Positions 54,796 to 64,000 of a DNA stretch of 64,000 nt are shown piece after piece. The notes under the pieces were generated by a model. The model saw nothing but the letters and a program-made list of their open reading frames with translations, was not told the DNA's origin and did not search any database. The DNA is taken from positions 1-64,000 of the IMG/VR virus record IMGVR_UViG_2706794521_000001. One strand, written 5' to 3'. Made by a program: the position numbers and the translations under genes. Position 1 is the first letter of the stretch. Every line of letters begins with the position of its first letter. The DNA comes from an uncultured virus (IMG/VR IMGVR_UViG_2706794521_000001) (taxonomy: Duplodnaviria > Heunggongvirae > Uroviricota > Caudoviricetes).

Positions 54796-55555
54796 CGCCC
54801 CATCCATCGTCGGGCCAGGTCACAACCTCGCCACCACCACCGACATCCTGCGCGACCGCTTCGCGAACTTCCTGAAGCAAGTCGACGACGTCGCTGACGA
54901 CGCAAACAAGGCCCGCGAAACCCTCGGCGAGGCCGGTGTCGTGACCGAGGACAAGCAGCGAGATCCGATGATCGCGATCGGCATAAAGGCAGGAAAGCTC
55001 TCGAAGCTTCTCGACGACACCCGCCTCGCCACCACGCTGCCACTGCGCACCGAAGTCACCGAGACCAACAGCTTTTTCCAGACACTTGCCGACCGGATGG
55101 ACCGGATCAAGACGCGGTTCGAGGAGATCGTCGGGGCTTACGACCGGAAGAAACGCGACGAGGAACGGCGCAAGGCCGCCGAGGCGGCCCGCCTGGCGCA
55201 AGAAGAGTCCGACCGCAAGCTCGCCGAGGCGCAAGCCGCCCAGGGCAGCGTCGAGGCCGACGTCATCGTCAATGAGGCGATCGTCGCCGAGCAGCGAGCC
55301 GATCGGCTCTCCGCGCAAGCGACCAGCGCCGGCACCGGGCCGACCAAGACCGAGGTCGGCACCATCTCATCGTCGGCACCTTGGACCTGTTCGATCGATG
55401 ATTGGCAGAAGATCGACATCACCGAATTCCGCGACCAGTTCTCTGCCGCTGAGATCGAGAAGGCCATCCGCGCGCATGTGCGGAAGTTCAAGAACACCCG
55501 GCCGCTCAAGGGCGTCCGCATTTTCCAAGACGAGAAAACCCGATTCCGCGGCTGA
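54782..55555 (+). CDS. coiled-coil phage protein of the recombination module
   Basis: GPGHN N-terminus, long coiled coil, LKGVRIF C-terminus. Confidence 0.7.
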   Translation: MPISDAPSIVGPGHNLATTTDILRDRFANFLKQVDDVADDANKARETLGEAGVVTEDKQRDPMIAIGIKAGKLSKLLDDTRLATTLPLRTEVTETNSFFQTLADRMDRIKTRFEEIVGAYDRKKRDEERRKAAEAARLAQEESDRKLAEAQAAQGSVEADVIVNEAIVAEQRADRLSAQATSAGTGPTKTEVGTISSSAPWTCSIDDWQKIDITEFRDQFSAAEIEKAIRAHVRKFKNTRPLKGVRIFQDEKTRFRG

Positions 55556-55580
55556 TCGCGGACGACAGGAGAATTTTCCC

Positions 55581-56669
55581 ATGAATGCTGTTGTTGAAGC
55601 AAAGAAGCCAAGCGAGATCGCAGTCATTCGCGACAAGCTTGGCGAAATGGGCGGCCAGTTTAAGGCCGCACTGCCGGCACATATCCCGGTCGAGCGGTTC
55701 ATGCGCGTCGTGATGACAGCGATCCAGAACAACCCCGACCTTCTGAAGGTCTCCCGGCATTCGCTGTTCAATTCGGCGATGAAAGCGGCGCAGGACGGCC
55801 TTTTGCCCGATAGCCGCGAGGGCGCGATCGTTCCCTACAAGGATCAGGCGCAGTGGATGCCGATGATCGGCGGTGTTCGCAAGAAGGCCCGCAACTCAGG
55901 TGAGATCGCCACATGGGATGTGCATGCCGTTCATGAGAACGACGACTTCGACTTCGAACTCGGCGACAACCCCTTTATCCGTCACAAGCCAACGCTTGGT
56001 GACCCAGGAAAACTGATCGCGGTCTATTCGATCGCCACGCTGAAATCGGGCGAAATCAGCCGCGACGTCATGTCGGTAAACGCGGTCGAGAAGATCCGCA
56101 CCAAGTCGCGCGGGAAAAACACGCCTTGGAACGACCCGATCTTCTACGACGAAATGGCAAAGAAGACCGTCGCCAGGCGCCACTCCAAGGTGCTGCCGAT
56201 GTCGAGCGACCTGGACGATCTCATGCGTCGCGACGACGGCCTCTACGATATCGAGGGCGCCAGCGACAAGCAGGTTGCCGGTCCGCGCGGACTCGAGCAG
56301 AAGCTCGATGCGCTCGCCGACATGCGTGACGAAGAGACGATCGACCACGAGGTCGACGAGAAATCCAGAAAATCCGCATCAGGCTCGTCCCCCGCCGATG
56401 CGGATCAGCGCGGCGACCAGGCTGACACGTCGCGCAAGGCGTCCGGGGATTCCGCCCCCCAATCCTCGGACGCCGACAATTCCGAAATCACGGTCGATGT
56501 CGCCCTCAAGGCCGGCGCGTCTGCCCGTGAGGATGGCCGCAGCCGCAAGGCAGTTCCGGCGAAATACAAGACCGACGAGAAGCTGCTCGAGGCGTACCTC
56601 GCCGGGTTCGACGGCGACGTCGAGGATAACGGCGATGTCGACGAGTCCGAACCTGGCGGGGAGGAGTGA
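55581..56669 (+). CDS. recT: RecT-family recombinase
   Basis: ALPAHIPVERF, AAQDGLLPD.REGAIVPY, VHENDDF, EMAKKTVARRHSKVLP. Confidence 0.92.
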   Translation: MNAVVEAKKPSEIAVIRDKLGEMGGQFKAALPAHIPVERFMRVVMTAIQNNPDLLKVSRHSLFNSAMKAAQDGLLPDSREGAIVPYKDQAQWMPMIGGVRKKARNSGEIATWDVHAVHENDDFDFELGDNPFIRHKPTLGDPGKLIAVYSIATLKSGEISRDVMSVNAVEKIRTKSRGKNTPWNDPIFYDEMAKKTVARRHSKVLPMSSDLDDLMRRDDGLYDIEGASDKQVAGPRGLEQKLDALADMRDEETIDHEVDEKSRKSASGSSPADADQRGDQADTSRKASGDSAPQSSDADNSEITVDVALKAGASAREDGRSRKAVPAKYKTDEKLLEAYLAGFDGDVEDNGDVDESEPGGEE

Positions 56670-56944
56670 CCATGTTCGGGATCACCCGGGTCGACGCGAC
56701 CAGGACCGCCTCATCGGAATACCTCGCCGAACTCGACAAGAGCATCGACGAGTTGTCGGGACAGCTGGCGTTGCTGCAGGGCGTCCGCCGTGCGGTCGCT
56801 GGCACCTTCGGCTTCGACCGCCGCGGCGACGAGGCTGGCACGTTTGGCAAAGCCGCCGACGCGGCCAAGCGCGCTGAGTACGAGGGCGAGGGCGGGCAGA
56901 ACGACGAGTCCGGCCGGTTGGTCCCACGCAAGGTGGCATCGTGA
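56666..56944 (+). CDS. hypothetical protein
   Basis: Coupled ORF. Confidence 0.5.
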   Translation: MTMFGITRVDATRTASSEYLAELDKSIDELSGQLALLQGVRRAVAGTFGFDRRGDEAGTFGKAADAAKRAEYEGEGGQNDESGRLVPRKVAS

Positions 56945-57090
56945 TGACGACCTTCCGTGTCCATTTCGCCGACGCGTCGCACCGGGATGTGCCAGCTGGA
57001 ACGCCGGCCGAGGCCGCGAAGAAGGCTCGCGAAACAAGCGATCGCGTCATCATCAAGATCAAGGTTCTGAAGCAGGAGAAGGCAGCATGA
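56944..57090 (+). CDS. 48-aa hypothetical protein
   Basis: MTTFRVHFADASHRDVPAGTPAEAAKKA...IIKIKVLK; TGATG and ATGA coupling. Confidence 0.55.
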   Translation: MTTFRVHFADASHRDVPAGTPAEAAKKARETSDRVIIKIKVLKQEKAA

Positions 57091-57431
57091 CGGAGATCCA
57101 CGCCGAGGTGATCGACACCTTCCAGCGCGGCACCGTGCGTGTCATGTGCGTGACCGAGCCGGGGCACACCGAAGTGATCGGCAAAGAGGGGAATGTCAAA
57201 ATCCCCTACAAGGCTGGCGACGTCGTCCTGGTTGGCGCCGACGACCGGCTGATCTGCGGGCCGATCGGGTTCGAGGGCGCGATCGAGTTCGCCGAGAAGA
57301 TCCTGTCCGGCAATACACGCGCCATGACCCAACCGGCGGGCTTGCAGATGCTGGCGACTGTCATCATTGCACTCTCGTCACTAACCCCGCAGCCGCCCGC
57401 AACGGTTGAGCAGGCGGCGGCACATGGCTGA
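57087..57431 (+). CDS. hypothetical protein
   Basis: GGAG RBS, coupled. Confidence 0.6.
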   Translation: MTEIHAEVIDTFQRGTVRVMCVTEPGHTEVIGKEGNVKIPYKAGDVVLVGADDRLICGPIGFEGAIEFAEKILSGNTRAMTQPAGLQMLATVIIALSSLTPQPPATVEQAAAHG

Positions 57432-58216
57432 CCCGCTCACCCTCATTCGCGTGACGGACACCGAGACCACGGGGCTCGCCGATCCCAAGGAGCTCGTCGA
57501 GATCGGTTGGACCGATGTTCGGCTGTTCCCGACCGGCTGGGCGATCGAGAGCGGGCCTCATGCCCGCCTCGTCAACCCGGGCATGCCCATCGCCCCCGGT
57601 GCGCGCGCTGCGCACCACATCACCGACGAGGAAGCGGCGAGCGGCATGGCGCCGGATCACGCGCGCGCGCTAATTTCTCCCGGCCCGGATTATATCTGTT
57701 GCCACAACCTGGCCTATGACGCGCCACTGTTGAGGACCGGCAAGCCCGGCATCTGCACGTTCAAATGCGCCAAAGAAGTCTACCCGGACCTCGAAAGCCA
57801 CAAGAACGGCGCGATCTGGTACGCGCTCGGCCTCGGCGGCGGTGCCAAGCAAATGGAGCCGGTGCACCGCGCCGGCCCGGATAGCTGGACGACCGCGCAC
57901 ATTCTTTTGGATCTGCTGCGCGTCCTCCCTGTCGAGACGATGGTGCAGATCTCGGCGAACCCGCTTCGGCTGCTGAAGATCGATTTTGGCGAACACGCAG
58001 GAAAGCGCTTCTCGGAAGTGCCGTGGGATTACCTCGACTGGATTGTGAACAAATCCAGCATGCCGCGTCGACCCGAAACGGGAAGACGTCGTTCACAACG
58101 CGCGCCTCGAGCTGATCCGCCGCGCCGAAAGCCCCACCGAACCGAAGATCACCAAGCCCGCCGCGGCCGACCCGAGCGATCCCGACGCATGGCGTAAGCA
58201 GATGGAGACGTTCTGA
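57424..58216 (+). pseudogene. ExoX/DnaQ-like 3'-5' exonuclease with a 1-nt frameshift near 58063
   Basis: DTETTG, CHNLAYD, HRAGPDS, FGEHAGKRFSEVPWDYLDW; natural C-terminus EDVVHNARLELIRR lies in the next frame. Confidence 0.75.
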
Positions 58217-58473
58217 TGGAGACCTTCTACGCCACCTTCGGGACAGGCTGGGGCTACGCCGGCGGCTACGTCGAGATCATCGCCGAAAACCGCCATGCAG
58301 CCACGGCGCATATGGTCAAGGAGCATGGCGAGCGGTGGGCTGCAATCTACACGGCCACTGAGTTTGTCCAGACCCTGAAGCGATATGCGCTGCACAAGCT
58401 CGCCACGGTGCGGCAGCGCCCCGGCCCGGGCGAAGCGTTCTTCGACATCGTGAGAGGCGACCGCCATGGGTAA
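58216..58473 (+). CDS. hypothetical phage protein
   Basis: METFYATFG...YVEIIA...HGERWAAIY. Confidence 0.7.
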   Translation: METFYATFGTGWGYAGGYVEIIAENRHAATAHMVKEHGERWAAIYTATEFVQTLKRYALHKLATVRQRPGPGEAFFDIVRGDRHG

Positions 58474-58681
58474 GGCAATCTCCCGCATGGCGACAATCGT
58501 CGAAGTGCTCGAGCGCGAGATCTCGACGGCCGACAAGCTGGCCGCAAAGACCGGCGCCTCGGCCCGTCAGATTTATCGTGACATCGCCGCGCTGAAGCAG
58601 ATCGGCCTTCCGATCGAGGGTGAGGCGGGCTTCGGCTATGCCATGCGATTGCGCAAGGGTGTGGGGCTGTTCCATGGCTGA
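58466..58681 (+). CDS. stand-alone YafY-type HTH (HTH_11) protein
   Basis: TADKLAAKTGASARQIYRDIAALKQIGLPIEGEAGFGY. Confidence 0.85.
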   Translation: MGKAISRMATIVEVLEREISTADKLAAKTGASARQIYRDIAALKQIGLPIEGEAGFGYAMRLRKGVGLFHG

Positions 58682-59795
58682 AGCGCTCGCCTGGTCACCC
58701 GGTCAGCAGGACGCCATCGCCCAGGTGGCGGCGTGGCTGCGCATCAAATATTCGCCGTTCTTCTATCTGGCCGGCTATGCCGGTACGGGCAAGACGACGC
58801 TGGCTAGGCATATTGCCGAGCTGCAAAACGGCAAGGTCCGTTACGCCGCGTTCACTGGCAAGGCCGCCAAGGTAATGCGCATGGCCGGCTGTGCTGACGC
58901 GCAGACCATCCATTCGACGATCTACAACACCGAGTTCGATGTTGCGACAGGCAAGGTCGAGCGGCACCTTCTGCACCCGGAAAGCTTCAAAAACACAGCA
59001 CTTTTCGTCGTCGACGAGGTATCGATGGTGAACGAGGAGCTTGGCCGAGATCTTCTATCGTTCGGCGTTCCGATTCTCGTCCTCGGCGACCCCTTCCAGC
59101 TTCCGCCCGTCGAGGGCGCCGGCTTCTTCACGGCTGACAAACCCGGCGCGATGCTGATCGAGGTTCATCGCCAGGCGCGGGACAGCGCGATTATCCGGCT
59201 TGCAACCGACATTCGCGAGGGTGACTTCCTGTTGCGGGTGACGCGCCAGCTTGGGCTCAACATCGCGCGGAAGGCCGATCTTGACCCGGTCGAGGTAACC
59301 GGGGCCGATGCCGTCATCGTCGGACGCAACGATACCCGGTTCAACTTCAACCGCCGGCTTCGCGAGATCAACGGTTTCACGACCGAGCTTCCTGGCAAAG
59401 GCGAGACCGTCATCTGCCTGCGGAACGATCGTGAGAAGGCAATATCGAATGGGGAACTGTTCCGCGTTTCCGAGGTGAAGAAGCCGGTAACAGGGGCGCT
59501 CGGGCGTAAGGCACGGTTCACTATCGTCGAGCCCGATGTTGAAGAGCGCACCCCGATCCCCGTCGAAGTCCGCGAGCAGTTCTTTCAGGGCAAGGGGAAG
59601 GAACTCGACTGGAAGGCCAAGCGTGGCACCCAGGAGTTTGACTACGGTTATGCACTGACCTGCCACAAGGCGCAGGGAAGCGGCTGGCCACGAGTGTGTG
59701 TGTTCGACGAAAGCCGGTTTTTCAAGGAGAACGCCGACCGGCATCTCTACACCTCGGTTACGAGGGCGTCCAAACATTTGACGTTGGTGATCTAA
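58674..59795 (+). CDS. RecD/Dda-like SF1B helicase
   Basis: GYAGTGKTT, AFTGKAA, VDEVSMV, GDPFQLPPV, YGYALTCHKAQGS, YTSVTRA. Confidence 0.93.
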   Translation: MAEALAWSPGQQDAIAQVAAWLRIKYSPFFYLAGYAGTGKTTLARHIAELQNGKVRYAAFTGKAAKVMRMAGCADAQTIHSTIYNTEFDVATGKVERHLLHPESFKNTALFVVDEVSMVNEELGRDLLSFGVPILVLGDPFQLPPVEGAGFFTADKPGAMLIEVHRQARDSAIIRLATDIREGDFLLRVTRQLGLNIARKADLDPVEVTGADAVIVGRNDTRFNFNRRLREINGFTTELPGKGETVICLRNDREKAISNGELFRVSEVKKPVTGALGRKARFTIVEPDVEERTPIPVEVREQFFQGKGKELDWKAKRGTQEFDYGYALTCHKAQGSGWPRVCVFDESRFFKENADRHLYTSVTRASKHLTLVI

Positions 59796-60301
59796 TGGGA
59801 ACGTTTAAGCACGGTCACACCATGAGATTGCCTGGCGGCGGCCGGGTGCAGAGCCCAGAGTACCGCGCCTACACGGCGATGAAAAATCGCTGCCTCAATC
59901 ACCGGCAGGACCGTTTCAAGGATTACGCCGGGCGGGGTATCTCGATCTGCAAGCGATGGCTCGACGCCGACGGGGTTCGCTCTGGCTTTGAGTGCTTCCT
60001 GGCCGACATGGGACCAAAGCCGTCGGCTCGTCATTCCCTCGACAGAGAAGAGAACGACGGCAACTACGATCCCGGCAACTGCCGCTGGGCAACGCGTAGC
60101 CAGCAGGCCCGGAACACCCGGCGCAACAGGACGGTGAACGTCTGCGGGCTGTTCTTCTCTCTCCCCGATGCCGTCGACTACTTCCGATATGCCCCGATGA
60201 CTACCGTGAGACGGCGGATTGACCTTGGCTGGCCCGACGAGGATGCAGTGCTCACGCCGGTCGGCGCCAAGCCTACTCCAAAAATGGAGGTTTGCTTCTG
60301 A
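59795..60301 (+). CDS. HNH-type endonuclease
   Basis: MKNRCLN, YAGRGISICKRW, SLDREENDGNYDPGNCRWAT. Confidence 0.85.
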   Translation: MGTFKHGHTMRLPGGGRVQSPEYRAYTAMKNRCLNHRQDRFKDYAGRGISICKRWLDADGVRSGFECFLADMGPKPSARHSLDREENDGNYDPGNCRWATRSQQARNTRRNRTVNVCGLFFSLPDAVDYFRYAPMTTVRRRIDLGWPDEDAVLTPVGAKPTPKMEVCF

Positions 60302-60882
60302 TGGAAGCCCAGGCTTTTCCCTTGACTTGGCCCGACACGATGCCGAGGACGCCAAACAAGGTGGCCTCAAAATTCAAGACCGGATTGTCCGCCGCTCTGA
60401 AGAACGTGCGCTCGTCGCTTGGGCTGTTCTCCGGCGATAGCGGGAAGAAGGTCGACAACCTCGTCATCTCGTCGAACGTGACGCTAGGCGTCGAGCGCCC
60501 GACTGATTCCGGCGTGGCTGTCTGGTTCGTCTGGGACGGCATGCAGGTCTGCATCGCCGTCGACCGCTACGCGAAGGTCGAGGACAACCTGCAGGCCATC
60601 CACCATATCGTCGAGGCCAGGCGCACCGAGATGCGCCACGGCGGCCTGCACATCGTTCGCGCCACCTTCCGCGGCTTCACCGCCCTTCCGGCGCCGAAAC
60701 GGCGGTCCTGGCGGGAGATTTTCTCCGTAGACGGCACGCTACCGACGACGGCCGCCGGCGTCGAAAGTCGCTATCGCTCGCTGGCGAAGGCGCGCCATCC
60801 CGATACCCCGGGCGGCTCGCATGACGCGATGACCGAACTCAACGCCGCAAAATCCGAAGCCCTCAAAGAGATAGGTGTGTAA
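60301..60882 (+). CDS. phage J-domain (DnaJ-like) protein
   Basis: AFPLTWP, VISSNV, C-terminal [22 protein letters not shown]. Confidence 0.88.
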   Translation: MEAQAFPLTWPDTMPRTPNKVASKFKTGLSAALKNVRSSLGLFSGDSGKKVDNLVISSNVTLGVERPTDSGVAVWFVWDGMQVCIAVDRYAKVEDNLQAIHHIVEARRTEMRHGGLHIVRATFRGFTALPAPKRRSWREIFSVDGTLPTTAAGVESRYRSLAKARHPDTPGGSHDAMTELNAAKSEALKEIGV

Positions 60883-61355
60883 TGGCCGGTTCGCTTAACC
60901 GCGTGATGTTGATTGGAAATCTGGGTCAGGATCCAGAGATCCGGCGGCTCAACTCGGGCGATCCGGTCGTTAATCTCAGCATCGCCACGTCGGAAAGCTG
61001 GCGGGACAAAAGCTCGGGCGACCGCAAGGAAAAGACCGAGTGGCATCGCGTGGTCATCTTCAATGACTCGCTCGCCAAGGTCGCCGAGCAATATTTGAAA
61101 AAGGGGATGAAGGTCTACATCGAAGGCCAGCTTCAAACCCGCAAGTGGACCAAAGACGGCCAGGATCACTATTCGACGGAAATCGTGCTGCAGAAGTTCC
61201 GTGGCGAGCTGCAAATGCTCGACGCGAAGGGGCAGGGCGACGGCGAGCGCCGCGATGATGGCGGTGGCAGGTCCAGCGGTGGGGAAAGCCAGCGCAGTAG
61301 CCAGAGCAACAATCGCTCGTCGAATCGCGACCTTGACGACGAAGTGCCGTTCTGA
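60882..61355 (+). CDS. ssb: single-stranded DNA-binding protein
   Basis: [16 protein letters not shown]...[10 protein letters not shown]...DLDDEVPF. Confidence 0.97.
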   Translation: MAGSLNRVMLIGNLGQDPEIRRLNSGDPVVNLSIATSESWRDKSSGDRKEKTEWHRVVIFNDSLAKVAEQYLKKGMKVYIEGQLQTRKWTKDGQDHYSTEIVLQKFRGELQMLDAKGQGDGERRDDGGGRSSGGESQRSSQSNNRSSNRDLDDEVPF

Positions 61356-61624
61356 TGGCCAGCGCACAGACATCCCGGCTAGAGCCGGAGGTTCATGAAC
61401 GGTTCGAAGAACTGCTCGCGCGGAACAGTCATATTCCGGAGGAGCAGGGCCGGTCGATGATGTGGCATTCGATCGCCATTTCATTGAAGCGCATCGCTGA
61501 TGCGATCGAGAAGATCGACCCGCATGCGCCCGTGAACCAATACGGCGAGAATTTTTCCGACGCCATCCAGAATTCCCTTGTCCGCGGGCAGCGCGGCATC
61601 TCGACACCGGGAGTGGACTCTTGA
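61355..61624 (+). CDS. hypothetical protein
   Basis: SIAISLKRIADA motif; coupled. Confidence 0.6.
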   Translation: MASAQTSRLEPEVHERFEELLARNSHIPEEQGRSMMWHSIAISLKRIADAIEKIDPHAPVNQYGENFSDAIQNSLVRGQRGISTPGVDS

Positions 61625-62607
61625 ACCTCAACAACGCCAGAGCGACGGTGTCCGCATATCTCGACGCCGACCAGCCGGTCTTTCTGTGGAGCCCGCCAGG
61701 CACCGGCAAGTCCGACCTCGTCCGCGATATCGCTGGCGAGCGCAGCTTGCCGCTGATCGACTTCCGAGCGGTGCTGCGCGACCCGGTCGACATGCGCGGC
61801 CTGCCGGCGATCGTCGACGGCCAAGCGAGGTGGCTGCCGCCGTCGGATCTGCCAAACGCCGAGCGAGACGGCAAGGAAGGCATTCTCTTCCTCGACGAGC
61901 TCAACGCCGCGCCGGCCGCTGTCCAGGCCGCCTGCTTCGGCCTGATCCTCGATCGCAAGGTTGGCGAATATCGGCTCCCACATGGTTGGCGCATCATCGC
62001 CGCCGGCAACCGGCAGTCGGATCGGGCGGCGGCGCAGCGCATGCCGACGGCGCTCGCAAACCGGCTGGCCCATGTCGACATCGATCCCGACGTCGACACC
62101 TTCACGGCGTGGGCCAATAAGCACGACATCAGTCCAATGGTCGTCGCGTTCATCCGCTTCCGGCCAGGCATGATCCACGTCATGGAAGGCTCAGATCTTC
62201 GTGCGTTCCCGACGCCTCGATCGTGGGCGGGCGTGTCGAAGCATGCCAATGCCGCGCCAAATCTCCGCCTCGGCCTGGTTACCGGCTTGGTCGGTGAGGG
62301 CGCCGCGGCAGAGTTCGAGGGATTCGTTCGGGTCTATTCCACGCTGCCCTCATTGGACCAGGTCATCGCGCATCCGGAGACGACGCCGGTCCCATCGGAA
62401 CCGGCGGCTCGCTTCGCAATCGCCGCCGGACTCGGGCGCAAAGCGAAGACCGAAAACTTCGCCGCCATAATGACTTACATTCGTCGGTTGCCGCGGGAGT
62501 TTGAGGTGATGATGGCCGTCGACGCTGTCCGCCGTGACGCGAAGCTGGCCGACACCAAGGCATTCCAGGATTGGGCAGTGAGGAACCAGGATGTCACGAT
62601 GCTATGA
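61621..62607 (+). CDS. MoxR-like AAA+ ATPase
   Basis: PPGTGKS, DPVDMRGLP, LFLDELN, IAAGNR, ALANRL, FPTPRSW. Confidence 0.92.
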   Translation: MNLNNARATVSAYLDADQPVFLWSPPGTGKSDLVRDIAGERSLPLIDFRAVLRDPVDMRGLPAIVDGQARWLPPSDLPNAERDGKEGILFLDELNAAPAAVQAACFGLILDRKVGEYRLPHGWRIIAAGNRQSDRAAAQRMPTALANRLAHVDIDPDVDTFTAWANKHDISPMVVAFIRFRPGMIHVMEGSDLRAFPTPRSWAGVSKHANAAPNLRLGLVTGLVGEGAAAEFEGFVRVYSTLPSLDQVIAHPETTPVPSEPAARFAIAAGLGRKAKTENFAAIMTYIRRLPREFEVMMAVDAVRRDAKLADTKAFQDWAVRNQDVTML

Positions 62608-62942
62608 CCGTGTTCCTGCGCGTCCTCTACGGCCCTTTTGCTCGCACCGAGTTGGGTTTGACCGGCAAGGTCTATGCGATCGACTGGTGTTTTTTCGGCG
62701 TACGCGAGGACAATTCCATGGGGCACTGGACGCTGCGCTACAAGGTGGCGGAGCGCAAGTTCGTCTGCTTTTTATCGGGCTGCGCGGAGCAACAGATTGG
62801 GAGGGCGCCAGAAAACCCCAACGCCTTCGTGCCGGACAAGCCCATGGTCTTTGGGAAGACCCTTGCCGAGATCATGAGGAAGCGGTTGTCGAACGCCGAC
62901 TTCGCGTCGGCGACGGCCGCCTCGCTCAATTGGCCGAGATAG
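62604..62942 (+). CDS. tandem paralogue 1 (112 aa)
   Basis: WCFFGVRED...MRKRLSNADFASATAAS. Confidence 0.7.
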   Translation: MTVFLRVLYGPFARTELGLTGKVYAIDWCFFGVREDNSMGHWTLRYKVAERKFVCFLSGCAEQQIGRAPENPNAFVPDKPMVFGKTLAEIMRKRLSNADFASATAASLNWPR

Positions 62943-62944
62943 CA

Positions 62945-63283
62945 GTGGCCAAGATCAAAACAATCTGGGGACCGCTCACCACACTCAGAGGCGCTGATCG
63001 CTTTGCCTGGTTGTTCTCTGGCGTTCGCGAAGACGGCTCGCGCGCGGAATGGAGGCTTCTGTTCTTCTTCGACTCGAGGAGGTTCACGACCCGACTGGTC
63101 AAGAGGAAAGACGCCGTCCGGACGCTTCAGCGGATGACCGAGCCGGACCTGTTCCGGCTGCCCGAGGTCGCGCGGTCTGAGACGACCGAGGGGCGCGTGA
63201 CCGACCTGCTCAGAGCCAGACTGGCGCCCAAGCACATCGCCGAGGCGACTGCGGCAGCGCTGAAGTACGGGGGCGCCAAATGA
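62945..63283 (+). CDS. tandem paralogue 2 (112 aa)
   Basis: GTG start; WLFSGVRED...LRARLAPKHIAEATAAA. Confidence 0.7.
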   Translation: MAKIKTIWGPLTTLRGADRFAWLFSGVREDGSRAEWRLLFFFDSRRFTTRLVKRKDAVRTLQRMTEPDLFRLPEVARSETTEGRVTDLLRARLAPKHIAEATAAALKYGGAK

Positions 63284-63591
63284 CGCCGGAGACGCTGCAA
63301 ACTCATTATCGATTCAGCATGGACCGTTATGCGCAGACCCATGTGACTTTCCGCTGGTATCAAAAGGGACGGCGCTACCCCCGGCATAGCTACCGTCTGA
63401 CCTTTGACCTTGGACGCCGCGTTTTTCTTTTGATGCAGGGCTTCAAGGTGAAGGCCTCAGCCCAGCCAACGTTCCGCGATATCGACGACCAACAAATCAT
63501 CAAAGTCTTCAGGTCTGTCCTGAAGCCCGAGCACGTCGCTCGCTGCAGCGCGGCCAGCATCTCCTACACGGAGGAGCAGGCATGGCTATAA
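63280..63591 (+). CDS. tandem paralogue 3 (103 aa)
   Basis: YRLTFDLGRRVF...FRSVLKPEHVARCSAAS. Confidence 0.7.
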   Translation: MTPETLQTHYRFSMDRYAQTHVTFRWYQKGRRYPRHSYRLTFDLGRRVFLLMQGFKVKASAQPTFRDIDDQQIIKVFRSVLKPEHVARCSAASISYTEEQAWL

Positions 63592-63866
63592 TCACCGATC
63601 GCTTCATTGCGACACATCAGCAGCCGCAAAGGATAGGCGAGTTCAAATGGCGCTTCTACGCACGCGGGCGGGCGAGCGCGCAGCCGTATTACGAAATCGA
63701 GTTTGACGCGCGCTTCCGAGAATTCAAAGGGTGGCGCGCCGAGCCTCGTCGCGACTGGAACACGATGCGTTCCCTCTCGGAAGCGGACATCGCAAAGTTG
63801 CGAGCAATGCTCAGCCCTGCGGACATAGTTCGCTGCACGAAAGCTGCCATGAAGGTGCCGCTATGA
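63582..63866 (+). CDS. tandem paralogue 4 (94 aa)
   Basis: YEIEFDARFREF...LRAMLSPADIVRCTKAA. Confidence 0.7.
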   Translation: MAIITDRFIATHQQPQRIGEFKWRFYARGRASAQPYYEIEFDARFREFKGWRAEPRRDWNTMRSLSEADIAKLRAMLSPADIVRCTKAAMKVPL

Positions 63867-64000
63867 CGCCGGCCGACAAGATCTTGATCGCGCGCACGTC
63901 GCTGCTCTGGGACCATCCGTTTTTTGGATCTCTGGCGGTCCAGCTCGATGTGATCGAAAAGCCCGACCTCGATCCGCCGACAATGGCGACCGACGGCCGA
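63863..64000 (+). CDS. DUF2201-type metallopeptidase/VWA partner of MoxR (truncated by the window edge)
   Basis: ARTSLLWDHPFFGSLA...TMATDGR. Confidence 0.85.
   Translation, partial: MTPADKILIARTSLLWDHPFFGSLAVQLDVIEKPDLDPPTMATDGR

Larger units (their letters stand above)
1102..64000. mobile_element. temperate prophage (lambda-like head, P2-like contractile tail); runs off the right edge
   Basis: Lysis, tail, head, packaging, replication, immunity and recombination modules in a coherent order; adjacent tRNA and att-like repeats on the left; exact left boundary inferred. Confidence 0.95.

Overview
High-GC alphaproteobacterial (Mesorhizobium/rhizobial-like) DNA. From a minus-strand tRNA-Pro(GGG) at 1025-1101 to beyond the right edge, the window is a temperate prophage; no integrase is visible, so it probably lies beyond 64000. 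Minus strand, about 3.4-33.4 kb: lysis cassette, P2-like contractile tail and baseplate with an SGNH-esterase tail spike, lambda-like head (gpE, gpD, S49 protease with nested scaffold, portal, GpA terminase). After a non-coding, probably cos-containing stretch (34.1-34.9 kb) comes a plus-strand accessory cluster (35-42.3 kb: DUF932, N6-MTase-like, YjgR-like ATPase, many small ORFs). Then a minus-strand replication/regulation operon (primase-helicase, MTase, CtrA-like, RuvC-like, GapR-like, GcrA-like, Cro), an Xre repressor with recognisable operators, and a plus-strand recombination operon (YqaJ, RecT, ExoX, RecD-like, HNH, DnaJ, SSB, MoxR, DUF2201). Most interesting: (1) five covarying stem-loops with a GATTGT-type loop at a fixed distance before ribosome-binding sites in the accessory cluster, next to an unannotated 34-aa Arg-rich lambda-N-like peptide; (2) a CtrA pseudo-receiver + GcrA + GapR host cell-cycle mimic set; (3) four divergent tandem paralogues between MoxR and its DUF2201 partner; (4) two 11-bp-phased GTCC iteron arrays 9 kb apart. 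All product calls come from motif recognition by eye, not database searches.
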